Origin: Octopus bimaculoides
Lineage: Eukaryota
Length of the DNA: 64,000 nt
Direction: 5' to 3'
NCBI RefSeq assembly: GCF_001194135.2
Contig: NC_068996.1
Span: forward strand, 50,267,985 to 50,331,984
Part shown: one piece after another, positions 24,882 through 38,700 of the stretch
How the letters are laid out: the number at the start of each line of letters is the position of its first letter
Position numbering within the stretch: position 1 is the first letter of the stretch
Notes under the pieces: generated by a model
What the model saw: only the letters and a program-made list of their open reading frames with translations
The model's database searches: none
What the model was told of the DNA's origin: nothing
Translations under genes and position numbers: made by a program

Positions 24882-25935
24882 TGGTAGTAGTAGTAGTAGT
24901 AGCCATCATCATCATTATCATCATTTAATGTGCCTTTTCTCTGCTAGCAGGGATTAAATGGTTTGACAGGAATTAGCAAGCTGGAGAGCTACACCAAGCT
25001 CTATTGTCTGTTTTTGGTTAGGGTTTCTTATTTCTTTACTGCCCACAAGGGGCTACACACAGAGGGGACAAACAAGGACAGACAAATGGATTAAGTCGAT
25101 TAGATCGACTCCAGTGTGCAACTGCTACTTAATTTATCGACCCCGAAAGGATGAAAGGCAAAATTGACCTTGGCGGAATTTGAACTCAGAACGTAGCGGC
25201 AGACGAAATACCGCTAAGCTTTTCGCCCGGCGCGAAACATTTCTGCCAACTCTCCACCTTCAGGTTAGTGTTTCTATGGCTGGATGTCCCTACTTAATGG
25301 CAATTGCTTACATTACACTGCTTCACAGAGTAGACTGGATGCCAACCACTTTACAGATTCTACAGCATGTTTTTTTACGTGGCACCAGCACTGGTGAGGT
25401 CACCAAATAACTTGCAAGACAAATACACCACCTCAGGTGAGAAGGGTAGAGGTATGGAGGGAGGTAGCTTTGTGCCAGGTGAAGAGGGGTTAGAACATTG
25501 TTTTACCTAAGGACCCCTCTAGTTCCTATTTTATTAGTAAGGACCCCTATAGCTATTCGATGTTTAAGAAATCCTGTTGTATTTTTATAATTAAATGTTA
25601 TTAGGAATTGCTTAAAAAAAATTGTTAAAATATTTAGTGTATTGTGGACCAATTTATTATGCATAAACTTTAATTGTCTGAAACAATTTTTTCATGGCTC
25701 CTGAAAAATTACCATGGACTCCCAATTTACTATATTGCATCTATGGACTCCCAAAAATCTTACATGGACCCTGGTTGAGAACAGCTGGGTTAGAATAATG
25801 ATAGAGGAAGGACAGGAACAAGTGTCTTGCTGTAGGGAAGAGGAAGAGGCAAGTTGATTACATCGGGCATATGGCGTAGTGGGTAAGAGCGCGGGCTACT
25901 AACCCCAAGATTCCGAGTTCAATTCCAGGCTGTGA

Positions 25936-25991
<56 letters not shown>

Positions 25992-28900
25992 TCTAAAAAT
26001 ACCTTAGGAATGAGAACCTAGGTTTGAAATTTCCCCAAGACACCTGAAGAAGGCTGGAGGATATATCAGCCGGAATGTTGTGTTAACAACAAACAAGATG
26101 AGGACAAATATCAGTCAAATGTAAAATAATTTCTCATCTTTTAAATATAGAATTGGAAGATTACCCAAGTTGGAAAGGGAAAAAAGATGGTGGTTGGTAA
26201 TGAGGTGTTGGGGTATATCCTCAAGTTACTGGAAGGTGAATATAAATGGCAAAGAAGATTGGACAGGGTGAGTGTGGGAAGAGACTGACAGATGGAGCAA
26301 ATGTAAACATGTTTCAAAAGTAAAATAAGTATATAATTAGAATATATACATCTAAATACTGACCCACAGACATACATACATATATTGCGAAATATATAAC
26401 TTTATTTGTGTTTATTTACAGGAGAATTAAATTTATGTTTTATGTGCATATGTGTTTTTGTTTGATTCTTTTCTATTTTCTTTCTGCTTTCATCTTCTTC
26501 TTCATCTCGAACTTCAAATTCTGTTTTTGTTTTTCTGTTTTATAAATTTTTTTAACTTTACACTTTCCATGTTCACTTAGAAAAGAGAAAGATAGAGAAA
26601 GAGAGAGAAAGAAAGAAAGTAAGAAAGAAAGAGAGAGAGAAAAAACAGAAGTGAAATGAAACTACAAAATTGAAGAAGCTTGTTGGTCACAGCAGTAATA
26701 AGATTTTGAAAAAAAAAGGAACAAAAAAAAAAAGTGATGATAAACAATAAAAGATGCTTTGAAAAGGCCCTCCCTCACAAGTGTAAATTGGTGCAAATAA
26801 GAAATCAGAGCCAACCACTGACTGGAAGGTGGGGACATAGGTTGCACTATATGAGCATAAGAGAAGAAAGACAGGGCAGGTGAATAAATATTACATCTAA
26901 ATGACTGGTGGATGAGGTGGGAGTGGGGGGTATAAATCACCACACAGCCACAAAGGGTCTGTGGCATATTTCTTAATAGATGAGCCTGGCGATACACCCA
27001 GTACACACATACAAATGCAGAGATACACACACACATATATACACATATGTGTATATTTATACACATACACGTTCATAAATATATATATATATATATACAC
27101 TCTCGGAGTGGTTGGCGTTAGGAAGGGCATCCAGCTGTAGAAACTGCCAAATCAGATTGGAGCCTGGTGTAGCCATCTGGTTCACCAGTCCTCAGTCAAA
27201 TCGTCCAACCCATGCTAGCATGGAAAGCGGACATTAAACGATGATGATGATGATGATGATATATATATATATATTATACACAGTAATCCCTTGCCATATC
27301 ACAGTTCACCAATCATACACTTAGTACATCATGGATTTTTCAGGCTAATATACGTAAATTTATGTCATGGACTTCTCTGTATATTTTGGGTTTCTGTGGC
27401 TGATTGGTGTTTATATTTCTTTTAGATTCTAATTATTTCTGTGGTAAAATAAGCATTTTCACACCTAAAAATTTATAAAATAATAAATAAGAGTACAGTC
27501 ACGGTACTGCACTGTATAAGACATTAATTAAAATATAATAAAAGTAAATACGTAGTGTACCTTAGATGAGTAAACAAAGAATCGGACATACTGTATGGGA
27601 AATGAAACTCGGAGGTGAGTGTGTGGTGTTGTTTTGCATTTATGATAAAATAAATATAGACAAATTATAAAAATAATAATAAAAAGTATACAGTACAGTA
27701 CTGCTTCTACTTCATGGATTTTCAACAATCGCTTGGGGGGTGGGGTGGGGTGGGGGTGGAACATAACACTAATGATAGTTGAGGGATTACTGTACACACA
27801 GACATTCATATATTAATATATAAAAAACATAAATAACCATACACAAACACATGCACATGTCCTTTGTGCCCACTCCCCATCCCCAACCTACTGCACACAA
27901 TCTATTCTCAACTGACAAACCTCCCCCACAACCCAGCTTCCCGACACCACCTTACCCCTCACCCACGTCCACCACCCACTGCATTCCCCTCCGTTGTCTC
28001 TCATGGACCTGCCTGCACACAATATGCCATTGTTGAATTTCTTCCCCCACAGCATATCCTTCCAATACCCCCTACCCCTGCTACTCCAGCTTGCCCACAC
28101 CTCTTATCTACCACTCTCCTTTTGCAATCTCATGAGCCCACCTACCAACTCTCCCTCTTCAATAACCAGTCCACTCACCCCACCCCTACACACCATATCT
28201 TCACCATTTTCTCTCTCTCCTCTCTTTAACTCTCCCCACTCCCACATGAAGTAGCCATGGTTTCCCCTCTAATGCAAGACCCCTTTTGCTCTCCCTCAAT
28301 ACTACTCCTCACCTCAGTTGAGGATATCTTATTTTGCAAGTTACATGGCAACCTCACTGGTGCTGGTGCCACATAAAAAGCACCCAGTACACTCTGTAAA
28401 GTGGTTGGCGTTAGGAAGGACGTCCAGCTTTAGAACCATGTCAAGGCAGAGAGCAGAGCTTGGTGCAGTCATCTGGCTTTTCAGTTCCTGTCAAACCATC
28501 TGGGTTCAGACCCACTGTGTGGCACCTTGGGCAAGTATCTTCAACTACATCCTCAAACCAACCAAAGCCTTGTGAGTGCATTTGGAAGATGGAAACTGAA
28601 AGAAGCTGTTGTTTACCATGATGATGATGATCATCATTTTATGTCCATTTACCATGCTGGCATGAGTTGGAAGTCTGACAGGAAATGGCAAGTAAGAAGA
28701 CTGCACCAATCCCTGCTATCTGCTTTGGCTTGGTTTCTTACAGCTGGATGTCCCTCCTAATGCCAACCACTTTACAGAGTGTACTGGGTGCTTATTATGT
28801 AGTACAGCCAATAAAAAGAGTTGCCATGAAATTACTGTGACGAGTGGGAAATCCAGTGTTTTGGACAATGACCTTCTTCAGGGAAAAGTTGAAAAGAAGA

Positions 28901-31900
28901 AAATTAATGAAGCACAGCAGAATTTTACATTTACTGACTGCAAATTAGAGGATGCACAATTCTGTTGTGTCTCATTAATTTCCCTCTTTTCAACTTTTCC
29001 CTGAAGAAGGACATTATACAAAATGTTTGGATTTTCCACTCTTCATGGCAAGTTCCTAGCAACTCATTTTATTAATTTTACTATGTAATAGAAGTTTTGA
29101 TGATACAGACCAACACCAGCCTGTTTGGAGTCTGTTTTATCAAGTGTGAGCGTGTGTGTATGTGTGTCTGTGAATGTGGGTGTGTGTGGGTGTGTGTGTG
29201 GGTGCATGTGTGTGTGTCTGTAAGTATCATCATCATCGTTTAATGTCCGCTTTCCATGCTAGCATGGAAAGCAGACGTTAAATGATGATGATGATACTTA
29301 CAGACACACACACACACTCTCAGACATACACACTCTCACAGACACACACACATGTGCATGTGTATGTGTGTGTGTCTGTCTGTGAATATGTATATGCATG
29401 TGTGTGTGTTTGTGCATGTATGCTTGTCAGCATGTGTGTGCGCATGTCTCTGTGAGTATGTGTGTCTGTGAGTATGTGCATGTGTGTACGAGCATGTGTG
29501 TGTGTGTGTGTGTATGTTTTTTTGCTGTCCACCCACCATTACTTGACAAATGGCATTGGTTTGTTTACATCCTTGTAACTTAGCAGTTTAGTAAAATGGA
29601 CCAATAAACTAAGTAGCTAACTTAAAAAATAAGTGTTGGGGTTGATTTGTTTGAGTAGAAACCCTTCAAAGTGTTGCCCCAGCATGGCCACAGTGCAATG
29701 ACTGAAACGAATAAAAGATAGAAGATAACAGACAAAACTAATTAAATATTTCCAATTACCTTTTTCTGCTAGCATCAAATTTGTCTGAAGTTCAGAATTC
29801 TTTAAATTGAGATCTTGGATCTGTTGAGATTGACTTGTGGTTTTTAGAAATAATTCTTTGTTTTTATTCATCTGCAAAGAAAGAAAACAATAATCACATC
29901 GGTTCTTAAAGATGCATTAATATTGGTTCACGCAAAATTGCTGCCCTTGTGCAGCAATTTTGCAGGAGGGATTTAGTGGAGCACTAAGAGCACCGTCTGA
30001 GCGCGATCGTTGCCAGAGCAGCTGCCTGGCTTCTGTGCCGGTGGCACGTAAACAGCTCCAGCATGATCGTTACCAACGTCGCCTTCCTGGCACTTGTGCC
30101 AGTGGCACGTGAAAAGACATTCGAGCGAGATCGTTGCCAGTGCCGATGGACTGGCTCCCGTGCAGGTGGCATGTAAAAAACACCGTTTTGAGCATGGCCG
30201 TTGCCAGTACCAGGTGACTGGCCCTCGTGCTGGTGGCACGTAAAAGCACCCACTACACTCTCAGAGTGGTTGGCGTTAGGAAGGGCATCCAGCTGTAGAA
30301 ACATTGCCAGACCAGACTGGAGCCTGGAGTAGCCTTCTGGCTTGCCAGTCCTCAGTCAAATCGTCCAATCCATGCTAGCATGAAAAGCGAACGTTAAACG
30401 ATGAGGATTGACCCAAGTGTTCAACTGGTACTTATTTTATTGACCCCAAAAAGATGAAAGGCAAACGTGATCTCAGTGGAATTTGAACTCAGAATGTAAA
30501 GATGGATGAAATGCTGCTAAGCATTCTGCAAGTTCATTGCCTTAAAAGGTTCATTAATATTAGTTTCTAAAATGGGCAAAAGACCTAATTATTTTTTATT
30601 TTTTGTGAGAGGATGGGCATAGTGAGTTCAGAAATCTAAAATAAAAGGGTAAAGAGTAAAGACACCCCCCCTTCGGTCATGAACGACCATAGGATTGCAC
30701 TAAAGAGTTCCCCTCTGAGGCACAAGTCTGGGCAAGGTTGTTTATGGAAGACCAGCAGTCGCCAATGCATACCAGCCTCCCCTCTCCATGCCACTGATGT
30801 TATCCAAGGGAAAGGCAACTCATTTCTACAGCTGAGTGAACTGGAGCAATGTGAAATAAAGTGTCTTGCTCAAGAACACAACATGCAGCCTAGTCTGGGA
30901 ATCGAACTCACTACCTTATGAGCATGAGCCTGATACTCTAACCATTGAGCCATGTGCCTTCATTGGAATATAAAGTACCAGTAATGTAACAGGGCCGATA
31001 TAATTATTAAGCCCCTTCCTCCAAAATTGCTGGCCTTGTGCCTATATTAGAGAGTTCAATGGATTGTGAAACTACTTAGAAGTAAATGGGTGGAACCACT
31101 CATCATGATTGTGAGTAGGGGGTGGGGACCCAGTCTGCTGCTTCCTGCTTCTTGATGTTAAGAAGATCAACCAGTTGTAGAAACCATCCCCAAGCTGACT
31201 TTGGAGCTTAGTGCAGCCCTTCAACCACTAGCATAGCTAGAGGGGGTGGGAAGAAGGGGTGGTCCACCCCCACCCACCGGACAGCATTTTTGGTCTGCTG
31301 TAGGCAATATGTAATTTTTGTGGAGGCTGGGGGTGGCAAACTGAAAGGCTTCCCTGGGCAGCACACACTCTAGCTATGCTAATGCCTGCAGCTCTGTGGA
31401 TCTTGTCAAACCATCTGAACCATGCCAGCAAGGAAAATGGATGCTAAATGATGATGATGTTGATGATGATGACGACATACAAGATGGATGGATAGAGTTG
31501 TTAGAATGTCAGAAAAACTGCCTTGTAGCATATGTTCCAGCTCTGTACATTCTGAGTTCAATTTCTGCCAAGAAAAATTGTGCCTTTCATCCATCACCAT
31601 TGTGCCACAAGAATATGTGGAGTTCTTTACTAATCTAAACAATATTGTTAGCCTGGTGTATTAAAGGAGAGCTTATAAAGTATTTTGCATGGCTTGATAA
31701 TCCCTCACTAGGACTGATAGAAGGAGAGAGAATGAGAGAGAGAGAGAGAGAGAGAGAGAGTTAACATAAAAAGTATAGAATGAGTATAGAATAGGCTCAA
31801 AAGAAACGAAGCTAACATGATCCGCTGGATGTGTAATGTCAGTGTGCACACATGACAGAGTAAGCGCCCTGGGAGAAATGTGGGACATAAGAAGCACCGG

Positions 31901-32785
31901 ATGTGGCGTGCAAGAGAGACGTTTGCACTGGTATGGAGAGCTTATAAAGTAGCAAGCAATGAGTTAATGAATGCTGTGTGTGTGCACATGCACACACATA
32001 CACACACACATGTATGTATGTACATATATTTATACACATACCTCCTCCTGAAGCCTGCTGTCTAGCTTTTCTTTGAATTCTTCATATACAACTTTTTCTT
32101 GTTTCACATCGAATCGACATCTTTCTGAGTTCTGTTTTGCAATCATTATTTCTTGATTCAGTTTGTAAATATCTTTAGCCATTTCTTCTTGACCTGTGGA
32201 GACAACAAAAAAAAAGTTAAAGTTAATATCTCTATTTAATAAAAGCCAATATAAATATCATTTGGCTGGTTGATTTCTCCAGTCAAGTTTCTACACTGTA
32301 TAGAGAGAAGAGAAAGAGAAAGAATGAGAGAGAGAGCAAAAGAGAAAGAGAGAGAGAGAGAATTAACATAAGAAGTATAGAATGAGTGTGCATACTAGTC
32401 TTGGTAGCAGGCAATGAGTTAAGAAATGCTGTGTGTGCACGCATGCACGTACACACACACACACAAACTGAGAAAGAGAATCCCAAAGACAGAGGAGGTG
32501 AAGCAATCATCACCACCATTTAACGTCTGCTGTCCATGCTGGCAAGCGAGAGAGCTGCACCAGTCTGATTTGACATCGTTTCTACAGTTGGATGCCCTTC
32601 CTAAAACATCAACTACTTTACAGAGTATGCTGGGTGCTTTCACATGGCACCAGCACAGTACTGTTGCAGAGGAAGTGGCCTTAACACTTCTGCTGAGGAG
32701 TATGAGTCTTCTTGAGCACAACAAGGCGCCAGCATCTCAGTCCTTTGTCATCTCACCTGAAAAGTTAAGTGTTTTGGAAACACAT

Positions 32786-32820
<35 letters not shown>

Positions 32821-33163
32821 CACACACACATATATATAGTAATTTTAGTGTACAGTATTATATCCATTACAGCCGATCTTACCAATTGGTTTCACACTAG
32901 CAATTCAATGGTGTGTTAGGTAACAGTCTGATTATGTAATCCTGCACTCATCAGAGGTAGCCATTATATATATATATTTCCCCCACCACCTCCTCTTCCG
33001 GTCTTTTCATAATGTAACCTCGTGGGCATCGGTACCATTTTCCTCTTTCTCCGTTCTTCCATTCTCCGAACTTTCCATCTTTCCTTTCCTGAGCGTCCAA
33101 TAATACTATCCATATCACGTCCTCACTTTGTTGTTTTTTTGTTTTTTGTTATTGCTTTTTTTT

Positions 33164-33206
<43 letters not shown>

Positions 33207-35394
33207 NNNNNNNNNNNNNNNNNNNNNNNNNNNNNNNNNNNNNNNNNNNNNNNNNNNNNNNNNNNNNNNNNNNNNNNNNNNNNNNNNNNNNNNNNNNNNN
33301 NNNNNNNNNNNNNNNNNNNNNNNNNNNNNNNNNNNNNNNNNNNNNNNNNNNNNNNNNNNNNNNNNNNNNNNNNNNNNNNNNNNNNNNNNNNNNNNNACCT
33401 GTGCCCAGCGTCGCCTTTCTGGCACTTGTGCCCGCAGCATGTGTAAGGACTTTCGAGCGAGATCATTGCCAGTACCGCTGGACTGGCTCTTGTGCGGGTG
33501 GCACATAAAATACACCATTTTGAGCGTGGCCGTTGCCAGTATCGCCTGAATGGCCTTCGTGCAGGTGACACGTAAAAGCACCTACACTCTCGGAGTGGTT
33601 GGCGTTAGGAAGGGCATCCAGCTGTAGAAACTCTGCCAAATCAGATTGGAGCCTGGTTTAGCCTTCGGGCTCCACCAGTCCTCAGTCAAATCGTCCAACC
33701 CATGCTAGCATGGAAAGCAGACATTAAACGATGATATATATATATATATATGTGAATGGATTTATTCCTATTTTTACAACATGGCACCTACTGTTCCAGC
33801 AAAGTGAATATTCATTAGATGATAATCAATGTTGTTGCATTATGTTGACCCTGAAAAGATGGCAGCCCAAGGTGGTCTTGGTGTGATCAGAAATCAGAAT
33901 GTAAAGGACCATAACTGAAACCTACAAAAACATTTTGTCCTACATCCTGCTCATTCTATACCCTACCAATTTAAAAAGTTAATAACTATTTCTAAGATAA
34001 GGGCAGTGAGTGGGTAGAATTGTAAGCACGGTGGGGGAAATGCCTAGCAGCATTTCGTCTGTCTCTATGTTCTGAGTTCAAGCTCTGTCAAAGTCAACTT
34101 TGCCTTTCATCCTTGGGGAATCAATAAAATAAAAGCACCAGTTGAGCATTGAGGTGCATGCAATGGACTTACCCCCTCCCCCCTCTCCCTCTGAAATTGC
34201 AGGCTTTGTGCCACGATTTGAAACCAATAATTATTTCTAAGACAGGTATCACAAGTCAGGGGAGATGGTTGGTTGATTGAATGCTTTCAAGTACTTGACT
34301 GGTTCTTTACTTCATCGATCCCAGAAAGATGGAAAGCAACATCATCATCATCATCATTTAATGTCGTCCTTCCATGCTGGCACAGGTTGGACAGTCTAAC
34401 AGGAGCTGGCCAGTCGGGAGCCTGCATCAGACTTCTCTGTCTGTTTTGATATGGTTTTTATGTCTGGATGCCCTTCCAAATGCCAACCACTCCGTAGGGC
34501 GGGCTGAGTGCTATTTACGTGGCACTTGCACAGGCGAGGTCAGTTTGGGCATGATTTTTACAGCTGGATGTCCTTCCAAATGCCAACCACTTTATAGTGT
34601 AGACTGGATGCTTTTTACATGGCATCTGCACTGGCAGGGTCAACAAGTGACTTTACAAGACAAGTAGAATTTTAATTCAGGGCTTAAAAAAACTGTAACT
34701 AATTATCAAAAAGTATTTCTACCTGATTTAATTTATTTTTAATTTATTCCAAATTTACTTACGTGCTAGTAGTTCCTCTTTTTTCCGGATAGTTTCAGCA
34801 TGGAGGCTGTTGAAATAGAGAGACACGTAATCATATACAGCTGCTGATCTGCTAACTGGTCATTTATTTATTTTCTTTTACTTGTTGCAGTCATTTGAGT
34901 GTGGCCATACTGGGGCACTACCTTGAAAATCAACTCCCGGACTTAGTTTTTAAGCCTAGTACTTATTCTATCATTGTCTTTGCTGAACCGCTAAGTTACA
35001 GGGATATAAAAACACCATAACGAATACAGACATAAATATATACACACATACATATATATATATATAGTATGGGCTTCTTTCAGTTTCCATCTACCAAATC
35101 CACTTACAAGGTTTTAGTTGGCCTGAGGCTATAATAGGAGACACTTGCCCAAGGTGTTACACAGTAGGTCTGAACCCAGGACCATGTGGTTGGAAAGCAA
35201 GCTTCTTACCACGCAGCCACATATTTATTTATTTATGTGCAGATATGGCTATGTGGTGGAGAAGCTTGGTTCCCAACCATGTAGTCAAGGGTTCAGTCCC
35301 ACTTTATTGCACCTTGGGCAAGTATCTTCTACTATAGCCTAGATCTGACCAAAGCTTTGTGAGTGGATTTGGCAGGCGGAAATTGAAAGAAACC

Positions 35395-35434
<40 letters not shown>

Positions 35435-35656
35435 TCATCATCATTTAATGCCGGTTTTCTGTGCTGGCATGGGTTGTACTATAAAGTGTGGCTGTGTGGT
35501 AAGAAGCTTGCTTACCAACCACATGGTTCCGGGTTCAGTCCCATTGCATGGCATCTCAGGTAAGTGTCTTCCACTATAGCCTCGGGCTGACCAAAGCCTT
35601 GAGAGTGGATTTTGTAGAGGGAAACTGAAAGAAGCCCGTTGTATGTATATATGTAT

Positions 35657-35746
<90 letters not shown>

Positions 35747-38700
35747 TTCTGTATCTGTCCCCCCCTCCCACCATTGACAACTGATGTTGGTGTGTTTATG
35801 TCCCCGTAAATTAGTGGTTCGGCAAAAGTGACCAATAGAATAAGTACTACGCTTACACATGGTGATTTAAACAACATGATTATATTGGGAATAATCAGTA
35901 AGCCTTCATTAATAAATGCCACAACAACATTACTATGGCTTCTGCAAAATGAAATATCATTGTCACTTCCAACACAGATCTGTTTTTTTTTTCAATTTCT
36001 CAAACTGATATATGGTTAGAATCACTTCCTTTACTACGTATGAAACCTTAGAATCCTTGTGAAAGAGGAAGTGGATTCTGCAGAAGTCATTCTTATAAAA
36101 TACATGAGATTCTGTATGAAGTCACATTACAATTGTTGAAAACTATAATGGAAAATTATCTGAAAAATAAAATAAATAACACAAAAGTCCTGGGATTGAT
36201 TTGTTCGACTAAAGGCAGTGCTCCAGCATGGCTGCAGTCAAATGACTGAAACAAATAAAATAATAAAAGAATATATTTGATTAATTAGAGAGGGACAGAA
36301 AATAGATTTGAGAATGTTTATTTATCACTACAATTGTTTTGACCAATCTAGCATTGATCCCTCACAGGTAGGATACTTAACAACTGGTTTAGGTGTATCT
36401 GTCAATGTAGATGTGTCTCTTCAGGTGATTGCAAGATGTATCTCATTAAAATAATGTCTGTTCCACAAGTTTTCTTCACAGTAAGTGTATACAAAAGCAA
36501 TAAATTAAGGGACAGAGCTTCATTATTATAGAAGATTAATAATAAATATCAGAAGCAAAAAGAAACAAATACACAATACAGCGAAAAATGTATTAATTGT
36601 AACCGTTAGCAGATATGGATGTATAAATGCCCTCGCTTAGGTTGTATGGCACACGTACACTTGCTCATACAAACTTACAAGAAGATACAAGCATACGCAT
36701 ATGATTAGAAAAAGTCAAAGGCTATGAACCAGCCTCTCCATCACCAAGGTACTTTTTCACTAGAGCTCATACATATTTTCTTTATTAATATATCAGAGAA
36801 GCAGGAGGCTACTTACAGTTTCTCAGTTTCAAGTTCATTTTTCAGGACAGCATTTTGTTCTTTGATTGTACTGTAATCAATCATCTGAGGAAGAATAATG
36901 ATTATTCATTATAGATCATTCATTATCGATTATTCATTACAGATTATTCCTTGCAGGAAGATGAGCAAAGAATGATAATGTAAAAATAATAATTTTCAAG
37001 GGTATTATTACGAAGATTGGTGTATAGAAGGATCTAAGCAGTATTATAGGACCAATAGCAATACATTGGAGGTCCCTGTGTAACACAACCATTGCACACA
37101 TAGGCATTTGGTCTGATGTTCTAACAGTTTTGCCAATCTATAGCTCTGGACTGACAATGTATTTTATTGAATGTGAAAGGATGAAAAACTAAGCTGACCT
37201 AGGTGGGATTTGAACTCAGAGCACAGAGATATGAAACAAGCACCATACATAGCAATGCATTTTGCCTGATGCTGTAATAACTTCAATTTGGATTTGTGAA
37301 TGTCAGTAGTTGATGGGAAAAATATTGGCAAAGAAGGAGTTACAGAGATCTACAGTTCTAGTAAGAAATTATTGAGTGTAATTAGTACCAAGTGAAACCA
37401 AACAATGCAAATTAGGTTTTTGTAATTTAGTCTCTGATCATTTATATATTTTTTTTAGATTTGTTCTTGTGTTTATTTTATTTTTCAGATAATTTTCCAT
37501 TATAGTTTTCAACAATTGTAATGTGACTTCATACAGAATCTCATATATTTTATAAGAATGACTTCTGCAGAATCCACTTCCTCTTTCACAAGAATTCTAA
37601 GGTTTCATACGTAGTAAAGAAAGTGATTCTAACCATATATTAGTTTGAGAAATTGAAAAAAAACCAGATCTGTGTTGGAAGTGACAATGATATTTCATTT
37701 TCCAGAAGCCATAGTAATGTTGTTCTGGCATTTATTAATGAAGGCTTACTGATTATTCCCAATATAATCAAGTTGTTTAAATCACCATGTGTATGTCTGA
37801 GAGATTCTGCAAACTACATGCCCAACAATCTCTTTGTACATAATTACAATTATCTCAGTTGTCCATTATTGTAAATTATCGTTATTAACTTCTTCAATCT
37901 TGTAGCTAATATGTTACTGATATTTCAATGAACACATACATTAATAACCTCTTATTTTGACTGATAATCTGTGTATTTTGTTAAAATTTATGAAACAATA
38001 TTAGGCTTCCACATCTGCAAAATCATTCTATGATGAATAGATAACTTTATTTATTCCTTGGGACTATAATTAAGTCAATGACAATTACAATTAACGATGA
38101 AGAGAACAATGACAACAATGATACTGGTAACAATAGACAATCACAATGCCTTCAGTGTGTGTGTGTGTGTGTGTGTATACAGGTGTTTAAGCAACCACAT
38201 TTTCATGTGCACTTTTTAAGCTTTGAAACAAAGCATTCCCAATAATAATCATTGTCATGACACAGAAGTCAAAGTATAAAATTAAAATCAGTTAAAAATG
38301 TGTTGGTTATGGCAATAGATAGTTGTCAGGATGCTATAAAATTTTTGAATAATAAGAAAAACGATGGGAAAGACTAAAGATCAACATGGTGGGAGAAAAA
38401 CAATTTTAGTTCCAATGACAATGATAATAATGCCCAAGAGCCTGAATCAGCCAATATATGACAATGTTGATTGTTATTCTAATCTTCATTACTGGTAAGA
38501 AATTTAAGTTTAAATTTATATTTATATTTGTATTAAATCTAAAAGAGAAAACCAGATTTTTTTTGATAAAGAAATAACTAAGAACACTTTTAAGATAATA
38601 AGGAAATAATAACACAAGAGAATTTATAAACTAAAATAGAATTCAGTGACATACATCACGAAGTTTTGCATTCAAGAAATCATTATGTTTGGTTGCTGTT

